64,000 nt of DNA from Lingula anatina. Lineage: Eukaryota; Animalia; Brachiopoda. The translations under genes and the position numbers were made by a program. Positions 48,501 through 63,156 of the stretch are shown here, one piece after another; within the stretch, counting starts at the first letter, position 1, and each line of letters starts with the position of its first letter. Where the stretch lies: NCBI GenBank assembly GCA_051362555.1, contig CM120640.1:8680001-8744000 (forward strand), given 5' to 3'. The notes under the pieces were generated by a model. It made no database searches, had not been told where the DNA came from, and saw only the letters and a list, made by a program, of their open reading frames with translations.

Positions 48501-51500
48501 CTGAATGCAATTATTCCCCTTCCCCCTAATAAATTTATATGCGGAAATATTCAATAATAAGTACACATAGTCAAAAATGACAAAAGTTATTGGTAAAGCT
48601 TTGATGAGTGACTGCACAATCATCAATAATGATGCTAAACCTATTATACTAAAACAATTATTAAATATGTATGAAGCAATTAGTCTAAATGGTCATGAAG
48701 GTTAGTCAGAGCTGCATGGATTTGAGCTTAGCATAGTCGTCTTGCAAAATGGAAACACTCAAATTACTAGTAACTAGTGGAGGTAGACATAAATGACTTT
48801 CAAAAGAACAGCAGAATCAAGAATCATGTTTTTTCACTAAAATGTCTACCCAGCCAGGTATTTATTTTTGGCAGGTAATAGATCTAATGCTATTTTATGA
48901 AAAGTCTAATCTAATACCAAAATAAACTTTTTTTGGGGAAATTCAGTATTACGTGCTAAAAACTATTTACCGCACTGGCTCTCCAGAACACCAGATTCTA
49001 GGAATTGACTGGCCCAAAGCAGAGATGCAGAAGAAATTACTATTATAGTAACTGAACAAATTTACATTTTACTGGCCTTGTTTCAGTTTGTTGGCATTTG
49101 GTGTGGGGCTAGCAGTAAACAACACAGATAAGTAATTGGAAGTAGTATTTGCTTGATATGTTCAATTTTACCAACATATAACATAACATCGAGTGAAAGC
49201 AACAATTTAACATGCAGTCATTCAAAATGATCGCTTAAAGGAGTTTGATCCAAACATAAAATCACAAGCTGATACTTAGTTTCACTTTTTCCTTATGGTT
49301 TGTCAGGATAAAATGTTGAAGTAAATATACACTGTTAACAAATGGATTCTAAAACTAACAAATATGGCATACACATGATCCCTTTCATAATTTACACAAC
49401 ACAAGTTAAGTTTTGGAAGGACTTTTTTTCTTTTTTGTACAAACTAAGTCTTAAAAAATTGATAGAAAACTAAACAGCAAAGCTGATAAACACATAATGT
49501 TTGAAGAAAAATTTAAAGATAAAAAAAAACTTAATAAGAAAGAGAAACAAAAAGCATTTATTTAACACTACTTTTGGGGGTATTTCTCCATAAAATTTTA
49601 AAAGGAGGTTTAAAAACACATGTAACTGTAATTTCTGTACAACTAAATTGCAATGAATAAAGAGCAATGCCATGCATTCACTTTACTCAGAATCTGACGT
49701 GCCTTTCAGTCCCTTGAATATTTCCAATTAAGCAAATTTGAATTTAGACAAGAACTTTTGTTGAAAATGTGAATCAAGGTAATTCTCAACTTTTATTTCC
49801 AACTAAATAAAAAGAAGCCAGGAAAGCTAATGTTGCAAAATGTTGTCAAAATGAACTTGAAAAAAAGTATGGGTGCATACAGAGCATCTATGGTAAAATG
49901 GATGTGTTCTGACAGTCAAACAGTTCATTGGTCTGACAATTCAATAGTCTTAATTTTTTTTTCAAAAACATCCTGCCTAAATGGTACATAAGCATAACAT
50001 TGTCAGAAACCATTCCTTTTGTCTGTTTTTATGGGTGTATTCACAATAAAATAATTGTCCTAGGTAGTTCAAACTAACTCCACAGGGACTCACGCTGAAT
50101 GCAATCAGAGCTCCTCCTCTCATTTTTAAGGTACTCGTAAAATCACCAGCTTTTCCGTCTTCTACTCAAGGCCAGGAGGATGCATGTTAATCTTTTAAAC
50201 TGATTACATTCAGCCAGAGCCCCCACAGAGTAAGTTCAAACTACCCAGTTCAATAGTTTCATGGTGAACACACCCTACTGATAGCATAAAAGATTTCAGA
50301 CCACTGAATCCACAGAACTGAATGACCTTTAGACCATGACCCTAGAAGTGATTATAATAGAAGTATTTCAGAAGATGCACCCTCTGAAAGCTATACCAGT
50401 AACATGCACTACCAAGATCACAAATGTAGTAAAAAAAAAGAACAGTACACTATGGAAAAAGAACTATACAATCCATACTCACAACTATGTCATCCCTTTA
50501 CAGACAGCAAAGCAGAAAAGGAAACAATTTATTATAACCACTATATAAATAAAGATATCCATGTGCACAGGGAATAAAACATGTTTGTTTCATAATCATG
50601 CTGTTACTTTCTATGTACAGCCAAGCCAGTGGGACAAATTTTTTGAAAATAGAATATATAAATCTCTTTTTCAGTGTCTCATACTCTGCCATAGATAATA
50701 CATCTTTTCATTTTTAAAAACTCTTAGTACAAAATATTAGGAGAAAATTTAAACTGTCATTTAAACAAAACCAAAAGATACTGAATAACACTTTCTGGCC
50801 AATACAGGATTTTCCAATATGTTTTGAGCATGCACAGTACTTGGGATCCAGTGTGAGGCTTTTGTTCAGTAGGCAACTTAAACACAGCTACGTAGGTTGG
50901 AACATCCTTGGTTAGAACTAAGTTGGAAGCTGCATGTGCAATAATGTTAGTGGTTATGTTTTTTTGTTATGAGCCATGGGTGGCTATGACAACTGTTGTA
51001 CTGCGTATGTCTGAAGACTGTATGATCGTTTTATGACTGATAAAAAAAAAGTTAAATCAGTGTTTAAAAGCTAGTGCTAGTGTTTTTAAGTTTGCAGCTG
51101 ACACTTTCAGTTTGGAAAACCAAATAGGAAGGGCTGCACAGCTATTGATGCTGTATCGTCATCAAGCCTGCAAATATTGACGAAGACAGGCAAAGCTAGG
51201 CGAACACCTAATTTTGTGTGTAGATGTTGAGAAGGAAGTTAATATAAAATATTAATGTATATCAAATGTGTTGATAGACTTTTATGATATTGCTATTTGT
51301 ATATTGAGAGTTTTACAAGACTATTTTTACTTCCCTTATAAAATGGATCATTTTGCCTGTGTTAGATATTCATGGATGCTGGAAATTATTTTATTTTCGA
51401 ATAATTGATACAATCAGCTGTTAACTGTCACTGAAAGGCAGTTTTTCAGGATACTGTTTTGTGTGCTAACAGACAATTTGATTGTGGAATTACTATACCT

Positions 51501-51699
51501 GTCTCTGTGATTTCTTTCTCTAGATCTCATTTTTATTACAAGAGATAAAGAACTCTCATATAAGCCTTTCAAGAGGTTTAATAACTTATAGAAAAATACT
51601 TAGATGTGACACCAACTAGTAACAACAAATTATTTAACAACAACTGAAGCACACCTGTGCAGGTAAAAGTAGATAAGATGAACCAAAGAAGTTTACTAA

Positions 51700-51984
51700 G
51701 GGAGGGTTCCCATAACCCAATCGTGCTAGCCGGATTGATCTACATGTAACTCCTCATGGATCCTTGCTAAATTGCATTCAGTTTAAGTGGCTTAAAATAT
51801 CCCCTCGTAACTCAAAGTACTTGGGTAAAGTTGGGGAAAACTTTGTGGTCCATGATGTTGTTCATGTTGCTTTGCGAGGGGGTGTACCAGACAATTAAGC
51901 TGATTACATTGACTGCACCTAATTGAGAATCCCAGCTGAGATAGATCAATCCTGCTAGCACGATAAGGTAAAGGGAATGCAGTC
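51700..51984. mobile_element. MITE (PIF/Harbinger-like)
   Basis: Imperfect ~40-bp TIRs (TTCCCATAACCCAATCGTGCTAGCCGGATTGATCTA versus the reverse complement of TAGATCAATCCTGCTAGCACGATAAGGTAAAGGGAA); TAA flanks on both sides. Confidence 0.7.
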
Positions 51985-53572
51985 TAAGATTGAATGAAAG
52001 TTTTAATGGTGCCAGCTTTGCATTACTGTTTATGTTGACAAATTTTTAACAATATTGCTGTTGGCTGGTTCTTGTTCAAATTAAGTTTCATGTCTCCAAT
52101 ACAAACTATTTAAAGCATGTCAAATAATGAGAAAACAGCTTTACAAATTTTGCCAAAAATAAAAACAAATCTATAAATACACACATTTGTTTTATCTATA
52201 TGGACATGTTCATTTCCAATCAAATGCTACTGCTTACATTGCATACAGTTGTTTATAATTCCACACTATGACATGCTTTTTAAAAACTTTAGTTTTAAAC
52301 CTTAATTTAAATTGAATTTGTCATATTTGATAGAATGAAAATACCATCATAGTTATGATACTTGTTTTCACATAAATATTTCACTAAAAATCATACAAGA
52401 AAATCTTGAATTTTCTTGAAGACCGCCAGAAGTACAACCTTCAATGTATAACTGAATCACGTCTATGCCACGGCTTGCCCCCTGAAACTTTAAACTTTGC
52501 TCAGTCTCGTGTTCTCACTGATAAAATGCCAAAAGTGCAACAATCATGGAAAATCGCATATTGGTGTATACATCCATTTACAGCAGATGTCACTTAGGAG
52601 GTTGGGGGGGAGGGGGGACTCACTGGACCAGAGCTGTACTTGTGTTTGCATTGGACATGTAACACTGACTATCAACAATGGAAACAGTTTATCATTTTAA
52701 CACAATGGTGGCTTTGCTGAAACTATATGACTTGAGGCCACTTTTATTTGAAAAACTTGATCTTACAATTTTTAAAGATCAATCTTATGTCACATGAAAT
52801 GATTGCACATTTCAAAGAAAGAAAGGGAACTCTGAGTTAAATAAATGATTCATAAAAAACTAAAACCTCCACAACAAACTTTCTGACAATAAAAGAGTGC
52901 ATATTCATTTTTATACTGATGATTTTTTTTAAATTAACCACAAATATAGGAATATATTAAATTTTGGCTTGAATTCCTGGAGAGTAAAATTCCAATAGAT
53001 GCAATTAAAAATGGCCTTACATCAGTTACGTGCATGCAGTGTATATACATGCTTTTGTAACTGTAAATCATCTTTAGAGTTGGTGAGGAAACATTATGGA
53101 GGAGAAAATAATTATGGCAGGAAATAATCAATATCAATGAATAGTGTGCTGATCAAGTACCTTTGTTTTGTCTGTGCCTTGGGAACCTCCTTCCTGTGCA
53201 TGCACAACACCAGCTGGGGGGAAAGTGAAAGTGAAAGCATTATTTTTAAGCAAAGCTGCAAGCTAAACACAAATTTCACAATTCATGACAATGCAAATAA
53301 CAAAACTTTCATTTGAATGACAGCAATAAAACAACATGAGAACTTTAGGCTTTCATGCTCTGTAACCATGCAGTATTAACAATTAAATGTGTGAGTTTAT
53401 TTGTATTAAAAAGTAGCCAACACTGCATGCTTAAAATGTATTTTCTTAATAAAACTTTAGTGTGAAATCATTTGTGTTCATTAATTAACATTCCTGGCAA
53501 CATGTTCAAAGAAATATGAACTAAAAAAGCGAAAATTGGCTCTATGCCCATGCAATTATAAACTAAATGTTA

Positions 53573-53575
<3 letters not shown>

Positions 53576-53633
<58 letters not shown>
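53576..53633. repeat. (TA)n microsatellite
   Basis: About 29 TA units, read directly. Confidence 0.95.
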
Positions 53634-53641
<8 letters not shown>

Positions 53642-55824
53642 TATTTGTAATAACAAAAAGCAACAGAGTTAAATAACATTTGTAAGTACATATAAATCAA
53701 AGGTATCTGTACATCAGAGCATTATATTATTTTTGATTTTATTGAAATAAGTTCCCACAGTTTTAAAAATGGAACATTATAAATATGCATGGGAATTGCA
53801 GCAGAGATATAGTACAGCATATAAGCATAGAACAGATAAAAGTGCAGTTAATGACAAGCTCAAGAACACAGAGAAATAATGGTCTTTATGAATGTGCAAA
53901 ATGTACAGCCACCTATGCTGATGAACACAATGCACTTTAACAGCATGACTAGTGACTTGATCCTACTGAAAACAAGCCAAACTAAGTTTTATCCTTTGTC
54001 TAGCTACACAGCTATATGTAAGCCCATGTTCACTGTAACTCTTTACTGCCAATCAGCGAATCATTTGCATGCTAAACATCTTGCAGTTTTGCTAACAAAA
54101 ATGGTCATTTTAACATATGTACAGATTATATGTACAATTTAATTGGAGGGGTTGGAAAGGGATTGGTCATTCCACCAACAGTGTATAAAATTGTACAAAA
54201 GGTTTTTTAAAAATTGCACGGACAGACATAGGGCAGTATACAGGTGCCCCTTATTTTAACCCCACTAATTTTTCGATTTCTTTTCTATATGCAAACATGT
54301 TGATAATCCCCCCCCCACCTTCCCTTTAAAATGTAGCACAATCCTAGCTCCACCAGTGTGGGTGGCATATGAAAGTAAACCTTAAGCATATCCTTTTAAC
54401 GCATACCCTGAGTAGCTTTTAACTTAATCCAATACACTGGAATAAAGATAAGTTTGCTCTACGGGAGAGTGTAACCAGATCAGCTAAAAGAAAAGGCTTC
54501 AGCTGAATATAAAATTGCAATTTATTTGATTAATATTGCAGGAATTCATAAAAACATGAAGTCTCTTTGACAATCACTGGAACTGGGAGAAAAAGGTGTA
54601 GCAGCAAAGATGAGATATAATGATGTTACTATTAAGCAATACAGTGTAGTGTGCACAACCACAATAGCTGCAGTCATATTAACACTGGACTAAAAAAAAA
54701 CATTCTTAAAAGATTAATATAAGGAGACAGGTATCATTTTAAAGACTCTCAATCCCTTTCCATACCCTTTAATCTGTAATGTTAATTTTTTTTTATTCTT
54801 TTCATTTATTCCCTCGTTACTTTTGTGCAAGTTAGCTATCTAGTGTCTAACCATGAGAGCCATTTTGTTGTTGTTTCTTGGCTGTCACCTCATGGCCGTC
54901 TGCCATACTTTGCCACTCTTTGCGATTACTAACACAGCCACTATGGAGATGTTGCAAAGATGGTTTAAGCTGGGCCAGCATCTGTAAGGGAACCAGAACA
55001 GAACTTAGGGCAGAGCTGATACTGAAACATCTCAGCTCCAGGATTTTGTCAACTAAATAATAATAATAATAAAAAAACATAATCATCCCCCTTTTTCTTG
55101 ATTCATATGGAGTATGGAGAACAGATGGCTGAAGAAATAATCAAGATGCCTGCCATGCTCCATTTTTTTACAAACCAAAAAAAAAGTAAAAAAAAAATCT
55201 GTCATTAAATATTTACGTGCCATAGAATGTAAAAAAAAGATACAGCCATAGGGACACATGGTAATGCAATGGGCCATCTACTCCATCACTTTTGCTTATC
55301 ACAATGCCCAGTAGGGAACCCGATGTTTTATCTTGTAGAGCCCAAAAGGGTTTCAATGTCACTCTATGTAATTTGCATCCAGTGCCAAGTCAATGACATG
55401 CAGAGGCAGTATCTGAAAACGGTTTGGTGCAGGCAACTGGCAGAGTAATGAAAACACAACATAGACATGCCAAAGAGAAATGACATTATTCTTGCCAAAG
55501 ATGCAGAGAGAAAGAACACTGTTAACAACACTGAAGTTCATGAAATCAGAAAATTGGCATACACAAGTTCCTGCAAAGTACTTTGATAATAAAGATTTGA
55601 TGCAAGGAGCTGGCATAGATTTGAAGAACCTGTAACATAAAAGCAACAAATGCCCATTTTAAACTGTGCAAAATCCAAGTATACAGTAAAGCAGGCAGTG
55701 CAAAGAAGAAATACCCAAACCAAAAATGATTTCAAATTATAAGAAGCAACAAATGGAACTGCTTGTGAAATAAATCCTGCTTTGGGGATAAGTATAATTC
55801 AGACAGCACTAATATCATGGTCCC

Positions 55825-58800
55825 CTAACCAGAGTTGTGTGGATTTTCAACATGCTTCTGCTTCCAATTCCTCCTGTTACCCTCGCAGCCTTCCAACATG
55901 ACATTCAGTGGTTCCCAGAAGTCTGCCATCAACTGGGAACAGTAGAACAAAAATGTCACAGAAAATCAGCATTAACCGCTCAAAATGTATTTCATTCTTG
56001 TCTGAATTTTCAGCTATTGTTTATTTTTTACTTTGATGTAAGGTCAGTTAAATAAAGACTAAATATTTTCAATTATTTTGCCAAATGGAAATTTCACCTT
56101 CGATAAAATGCATCTCATGCAAGAGATATTCAGTAGCAAAAAGCTATTTTTGTGCAAAAAAAAAAAAACAACAAAACTGGCAATGGAGCAACCGTCTGGA
56201 AATGATCTTTTTAACTTTATGTCAAATATAAGGTTAATTAAGCAGAAAATTGGTTAATCACCCTTCCCCCTCCCTCTGATTGGAAACGATATTTAAATGA
56301 CTTGTTTTCTTGTTATAAATGCCAAGTAAAGTAGCAAATATGTAAATTGATATAAACAGAACTAAAAAAGATACATTAAAAATACAGCAAGGCTGGCAAA
56401 TGCATATATTGTAGTTGCAATTTTTTCTTGAAAATTTAACCCTTTGAGGCCAATTTATGCATGCAAATAAGATATCAATCATATAAATAATTTGTATTAA
56501 AAAAGGGATGCCATCAGTCTTGAAAAATGGTACGTGACAATGAATCAGACATTGCGTATTGTAGCATACTTTAATGTTAAGAAACAACAGAATCTGTACA
56601 AAATAAGTCGAACTTATTTTCTGCCTTCTAAATCTTCTAAATGTATGTAACCAATATATTACTTTTTGAGAAGGATCCTTGGAACATAAAATATGTCTGC
56701 AATCAAAAATACTTTTCAATGTATCAAGTTTTCAAAATGTATTCTTAAGGCTAAAATGTAATGCTGAAGATGAATTACACGTTTATTTTATTTTTTCACT
56801 TCCACACTGCAATTTTTTTATGGTACAAGAGAACTTACCTTATACAGGGGCATACATATGGCATCAATAAATCCAACCTGCATTTTTGGGAGCTCATCTT
56901 CCTTTTCTCGATCCATCATTGCCTAAAGAAAAATGAAAAAATAAAATTTACAATTTCTTTGAGATACAGGTAGCTTAACTCCTAAAATAAAACTGAATCT
57001 TTTTTTTCAAAAGTACATGTAAACTTAGGAATTCCCCAAGATCATTATCTAAATAATGCAATGAAACAGATGTCAAAAATGTATACCTACATGAGGTTTC
57101 AAGTTGAGCTGTGACTTCTCAATGTCCCCTTGTTCAAAGAACTCACTCGCCACCAGTTTAGCCACCCTCTGCTGTATGGGCCAAGGCTTTGTAATGGCTG
57201 ACACATCACAGGCTGTCATCATCATGTTCCTAAAAAATAATATATACATATATTAATTTAATGCAGGAAGGAAGGATGAAAAGAAAGAAAGACTGTCACA
57301 AAGTCTGCCAAACATGAATTTCAAATACACCTACCTGAGCAATTCTTTCTTTTCTTCTGTTACAAATTTTTTCTCTCCACGCTCTACTAAAGTTTGAAAG
57401 TTGCCTCTTTTCCTACAAAATTGTCATTTCAAAATTTATCTTATCATACATACAAATCTTGAAGTGAAAAATGTTAACAACATAGTTTTTGTACAATTTT
57501 TAATTTCTTGACAATATTGACAATGTTGTCCTTAAGGCTCTATTCCCATTGATTTTAGATCGATCTATCCCCTCGGGGAGTCTCACTATAGATTACTTTC
57601 AGATAATCCGACTTAAATGTCCGTCCCGCCTACTACAAACTGTAAGGGGGGTAATTAACTTTCGTGTCCGCCCGGCTGACAGCTATTTAGCGTGAACCCC
57701 CAGGGAGTTAGGTCAATCTAAAGTAGGTCGATCTAATCTATGGAAATGGGGTGTAAGACTATATTAGAGCCAGAGCCTGGGATTGTTTACAAATTACTGA
57801 AGTGCTTGATTTGACCTTAATATTCAGCTATTTATCATTATCTCAAATTATGAAGCTTAAGCTGCCTTGATGAATTCAGCATTTTGCTGTCAAATGAAAA
57901 AGTAATATGATGATGGTAGAGTACAAAATATGTGGTAAATTGAAATACATGTATTTATATATAAAAAAAAGATGTATGCCATTACCAATCTCAGTTGGGA
58001 GTTTAACATATCAGGACTGGGACCCAAAGCTATCTTGGCCATTATATCTTTTCTAATTTGAAAAAGCATCAGTTTTATTCCCACTCTGTTTACCAATCGT
58101 GATATAATTGCATTTTTCATTGATTGTTAGAAATATCTTAAGACCAACACATAATCTCAGATTGTTATCTTAACACATTGACTCCAAAGTTAGTAAACCT
58201 GCCTTCCCACATAGACAGGAAATCATTAAAAGATCACGGTTTCAGGTTTTTGCTGATGAAATCTGAAACATGCAATTTTTTTTTTCACTGGATTCATATA
58301 TATCATTTTGAAGTCACTTTCCCTGGCAACACAATGGCACAAGAAGCGTATTGATACTTGCTTTGACAACTGAGAGAACCTCACATTTTACATACACCAT
58401 TTGACCACCATAAACATACAAAAACAATGCTTTAATGTCATCCAAAAGATCAAGCAACATAAGCTCTAGAAATATAAAACCTAATAATGTAAAACCCTTT
58501 TTTACAAACCATACGTATATGGTAACAGTGGTTTTGCATCAATATGTCGACCAGAAAGCCCATCATTCCTGACTGAGTTCAGTTGGCATTGACTTACTTG
58601 AAATACAAAGCCAAGTCTGTGGCTAGAATGGCACTTTCCAATATCTTAATTACTTTGCGATAATCTTCTGGGGATAAGTTTTCAAAGATGTTGTTGCCCT
58701 GAAATATAATCAATCAGTCAATCAATCCACAATCAATCAATAAAACAAAATAAAGAAGAAAATAATTTAAAATAAATGTGAAGTCGGCTTCTTGTGATTA

Positions 58801-61800
58801 ATAGATCACTGGTCACTTTTACTAGCAGGCCTCAAGAAAACTACTAGTTTAAATTTGATACGTGTGCCCAAGTTCAAATCAAGATAAGTAGCATAAAGAT
58901 GAAACTACAGAACAATATAATATAATCCCATGCATTGACTGATATTTCAACTGGCCTGACAGGACAAGTATGAAGATAAAAACATCCTGTACTATATTTG
59001 CAACACTTAATGCAGAGTACACATGCTCATAGTCTTGACAAGCAGACAAGACTCATGCCACCAACATCAATATGTGTTCCTACTGTACCTCGCTGTTGAG
59101 TATAAGAATGGAGTGGTCAAAGTGATGGTGCTCCATGGTAGAGGTACTGTACAGAACCGCAAGAGGAGAGTCCACCCTGGAACAATAGAACTCACTGTTA
59201 CATTTTCTATGCTTTTTCAAACCCATACAGTGTGACCAAGACACTGACATGGGACTACACAATGTCTGTAAAAAAATATAATAAGAATAAGAATATTTGC
59301 CCTTATTTTGAATTTGATTTTATTTAAATCAAAGAGGCAAATGACTGAACTCTACACTTCTAAAAACATGGTCCCCGATGTAAAAAAATCAATATACAGA
59401 AACAGGAGATAAACTTCTCAAATGTCAACATTAGCTACTGATTCCATCTCCTCACTTTAGCTGAAATGCATTGTTTGTCCCCCTGTGATCCAAGTCATGG
59501 CACAGGCAAGCCACTATCAGGCCAATCACTTCCAGGTCAGTCAACATGTTCCTCATCTTTCCTGTCTGAAATGAGTTCATGATCAGTATTAGCGTTCCAA
59601 AGATAATTAAGGTGATTTTCAGTTAATGTTACTTTGATATGACTATATATCAACTTGGTGGTGTAAAATGCACGTGAACCAGGGAATATTGATGAATATT
59701 TGTGAAATTGCCATAGTATTATTTTAAACTTTAGTACCAACTTAAGAAAGAGACTGAGAAAGATGAGACTTCATTTTTACATCTATTACACATATCAAGA
59801 ATATTTATCCAAATACAGTGCATGTGTGTGGGAATACCATAAATCATGTAATACTATGTTCATTTATATACATGCATGCCTGTGACCCACAGGGTCCAGC
59901 GTGTCTGCATGTGCATGTGCCCATGCACTCCACTGCATGTTGTCCTTGGATATTAGTGTATGTGTTTAAATACAAGATAATTGGAAAATGATTCTGTGCT
60001 ACATGCCAATAATTTTCCCAAATTTGTGTGCAATATCATTAAGATAATTATTCATTGGCTAATGGCATGTCCCTGCAATAAGACGTCATTAATTTCCACA
60101 ACTGTTGTCAATTCAGGCAAGAGAGAGCATTGGCATTACCATACCTGCAAAGCAGCTCTGTGTCACAAATGCCAATCCCTTTTCATCTATTTCACTTAAT
60201 TAGATTCATCATTAGTAGATGGAATAATGATAGCATCGTTAAAACACTTGGTAATAACCTTTTCAATCATCACTATCATCAATTAGTATTTTCAGATCGT
60301 AGCCACTGTATCAAAATGTGCTTGTATCAATGAAGCAATAATAAATAATAACACAGTACACAATTCCAATGCAACGTATGCATTAATAATGATAGAAGAC
60401 TCCATAAATTGATGGAATTCATTTCCCATTCAGGTGAAAAGCTAGTTCACACTCAATAAATCTGAAGTACAGTGCAACAACATAATCAATACATCCTCTA
60501 CAAGCATGTTTTTTCATTATCGATGAAAAAAAAACATCTATATATTTCTCCACAAGGCTATCATAAATTCATTTCTTACCGTGAACATTGTGAACATTGT
60601 CTGCGCTACATTGAAAGCATGCCTCCAATTGTGGTAGGTTACAGGCCGGTAATTCTTCCTCACGCTACACAGCCACCGACAAAGAACCTAGAAAAAAAAA
60701 ATTGCCTCTATGTTCTAAACATATTTCAGATAGGGTATGTAGAATTAATTTTAATATTAGTTACAAGTAATTCATTTTAAAAAATCTACAACCAAGTTAT
60801 GTACATTGTTTGCAGTTGTGTTGAATTAACAGACATGTATGGTACTGCCAGTGCTAAAAAAATCAATTTTTTTGCAATAAGTTCCAAAACACTGATATAT
60901 CATTTCCCTGATATATCATGGAAAGATTGTTCAGAAACAATTTTAATTTTCTTAAAATCCATTTATACCTTAAAAATAAACAGCAAAATGTCATGCACAA
61001 CTTTAAAGTGTGAAATATGGGTCTGTAGCCTGGGTCTCAACTTTAAAGTGTCTTTCTAATCTATTTTCAATCATTATTTCTAAACTGTGCTGTTGGCTCA
61101 AGTAGAAAGTTTGATTTCCCTTGTGATTTTAAAGAAAATGAAAATGCAAGAGATGCATTCAAGGTCAAAATTTGACACCATGACAAAATATCATAGCATG
61201 CAACTCTACCATATAAGATTACTTCTGTTGTAAATAAACTGGAGGTGAAACAGTGAAAGTAGCAAACATCAAGGAATAAACTACAAAAGTTGATGAAATA
61301 ACACCTCAGGAATAGGATCCACTGTATTCCCAACTGCCCATCTTCAACAAGTTTGCAGGTTTTTGCCTGTAGATACAGAACTTTTTTTTACAGTGTCAAA
61401 GTAATACTGCATGACAACATCAATAGAACATTAGCTTACCTTCTCCTACAGGAAATGAAGTATTATCTTACCTCATAGCTCAAATGGAACTTATTGACTA
61501 AATCCAATTCTAAAAACATTCGAATGGTCGCCTGGAGTGTGAGATCTTCCCCTAGTGGTAAGTCATCAAAGTCAAAACTGTACAGGTTAAGTTTCTTTGC
61601 AGATGGGATATGGGAGTTCTGGAAGATTAAAAAAATTCTGTAATGCACACGTCAGTGGAGAGATCAGACAGCACATCAATTTTGGCCGTCACACTGGGAT
61701 TTCAACCAATTTTTTGTAAATTGCCCAACAGAGAGCTGATGAAGTCATGCAAGAATCATGTACATGCTGGATTAGCTTTCCAGTGTTTTTTACTTGGAGT

Positions 61801-63156
61801 GCAGATCTTTTTGGCTGTAATATAAATGAAAGGCACTTTTTATGGCCCTTGTTACTTTCTTATTAATAAACTTAATCTCTGTAACTGAGCTAAATATTGT
61901 GTTGGCATTAGTTTTTTACCATCTTAACTGATGCCAATACCTATGCAAACATTTTTTTTTTTCATATTCGTTATTACTTTCTATTTCCTTCTAAAAAGCC
62001 ATTACTTTTTTTCTTTAAACTCAACACTTATGTCATGACAATTTTAGCAGGATCTTTTTCTCACATAGTTAAGTAACATATCAAGAATATTAAAGTTAAA
62101 GAAATTCTGTTAAAATCTGAGTTTCCATCAAGATGACTTTGAAGATTTAACAAATGTTCCGGTCTCTTCATCAGATGAACAGCCACACCTTTAGTGCTGC
62201 AGTTTCTTCCTTGCTGGCCATGGCATGATAGGACAATACTTCCAGGGCAACACTTTGTTTAGCACTTAACTTGACAGCATTCTCATACATCTGAGTATTG
62301 TGGATGCCAAGGCCGCAGAATATTGCAAATGCCTGTAAAATACAAAGACCCACAAAGGATGACAGAGAATTGATTAAAATGTGTATGGTTTAACATGTAG
62401 CCCCCTGGGTCCATACACTTTCTCTTCTTCTCCAGTGACGCATTATGAACATCTTATCAATACCGGCAAAGCTGTATGTCAGAAAATGACTAGAGCAAAC
62501 TCAATCCCCAACAAAGCAGACAAGGCAGAGCAAAGTAATGGCCTGATATTTGAAAAAGAGAATATAATGACTTATCTGATACATTGCAGATTTATTATTC
62601 ATGACAATCATATCGAATGGTGCAAATGGTTCAGTAGATGAATAGACAATTATGGTAAGAGTACTAACATATTTTGAAAATCAGTATATATGCTGTAGGC
62701 CAACATTGGACTTTCACGTGGTTTACTAATAAAGATTTGGCAGTTTGCAGTGAAATGTAATTGTTATTCTATATTTTACAAATACTGAGCAAGGGAGCAA
62801 GAAAAAATAGGCCTCAGGGAATATTGCCTGAAAGGCCAATTTGAAAGTAGTTTGGTCTGGCAAATATCAGGATTAAGCAAAAGACAGTGTTCACATCAAT
62901 TATTCAAGAGACTTATCACTATACTGAATCACAGATACATCTGCTAAATGACAATTTGACACCATATTTTTATGGTTTGACTAAAATAAGATGAGTTTTT
63001 ACTTACCTCAAACATATTCATATCACGTTCATAAAAGGGATGTTTGTTCATTTTATTCATTAACTGTGTGATGCCTATTATGCAGTGTTGGCTGTTATAA
63101 ATCGGCATGCAAAGCATATTCTGGAGCTGGAAACCATCTTCTTCTTCTTCAGTACC
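55825..63156 (-). CDS. GAF-domain cyclic nucleotide phosphodiesterase, PDE5/PDE6/PDE11 group (3' part; gene continues beyond the window)
   Basis: Phase-consistent exons 63007-63156, 62189-62332, 61472-61618, 60580-60687, 59456-59565, 59089-59176, 58598-58698, 57335-57412, 57091-57229, 56839-56922, 55825-55932. GAF-B end (LCMPI...QLMNK...[19 protein letters not shown]), [63 protein letters not shown]. Confidence 0.94.
57536..57753. mobile_element. MITE (PIF/Harbinger-like) in a PDE intron
   Basis: Imperfect TIRs (ATTCCCATTGATTTTAGATCGATCTA versus the reverse complement of TAGGTCGATCTAATCTATGGAAAT); TAA flanks; CpG-rich interior. Confidence 0.6.

Noticed and set aside
46978-55735. Many short ORFs of 60-100 aa
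   Set aside because: Compositionally biased, many with non-ATG starts, no domains and no consistent splice phases; expected by chance in AT-rich DNA.
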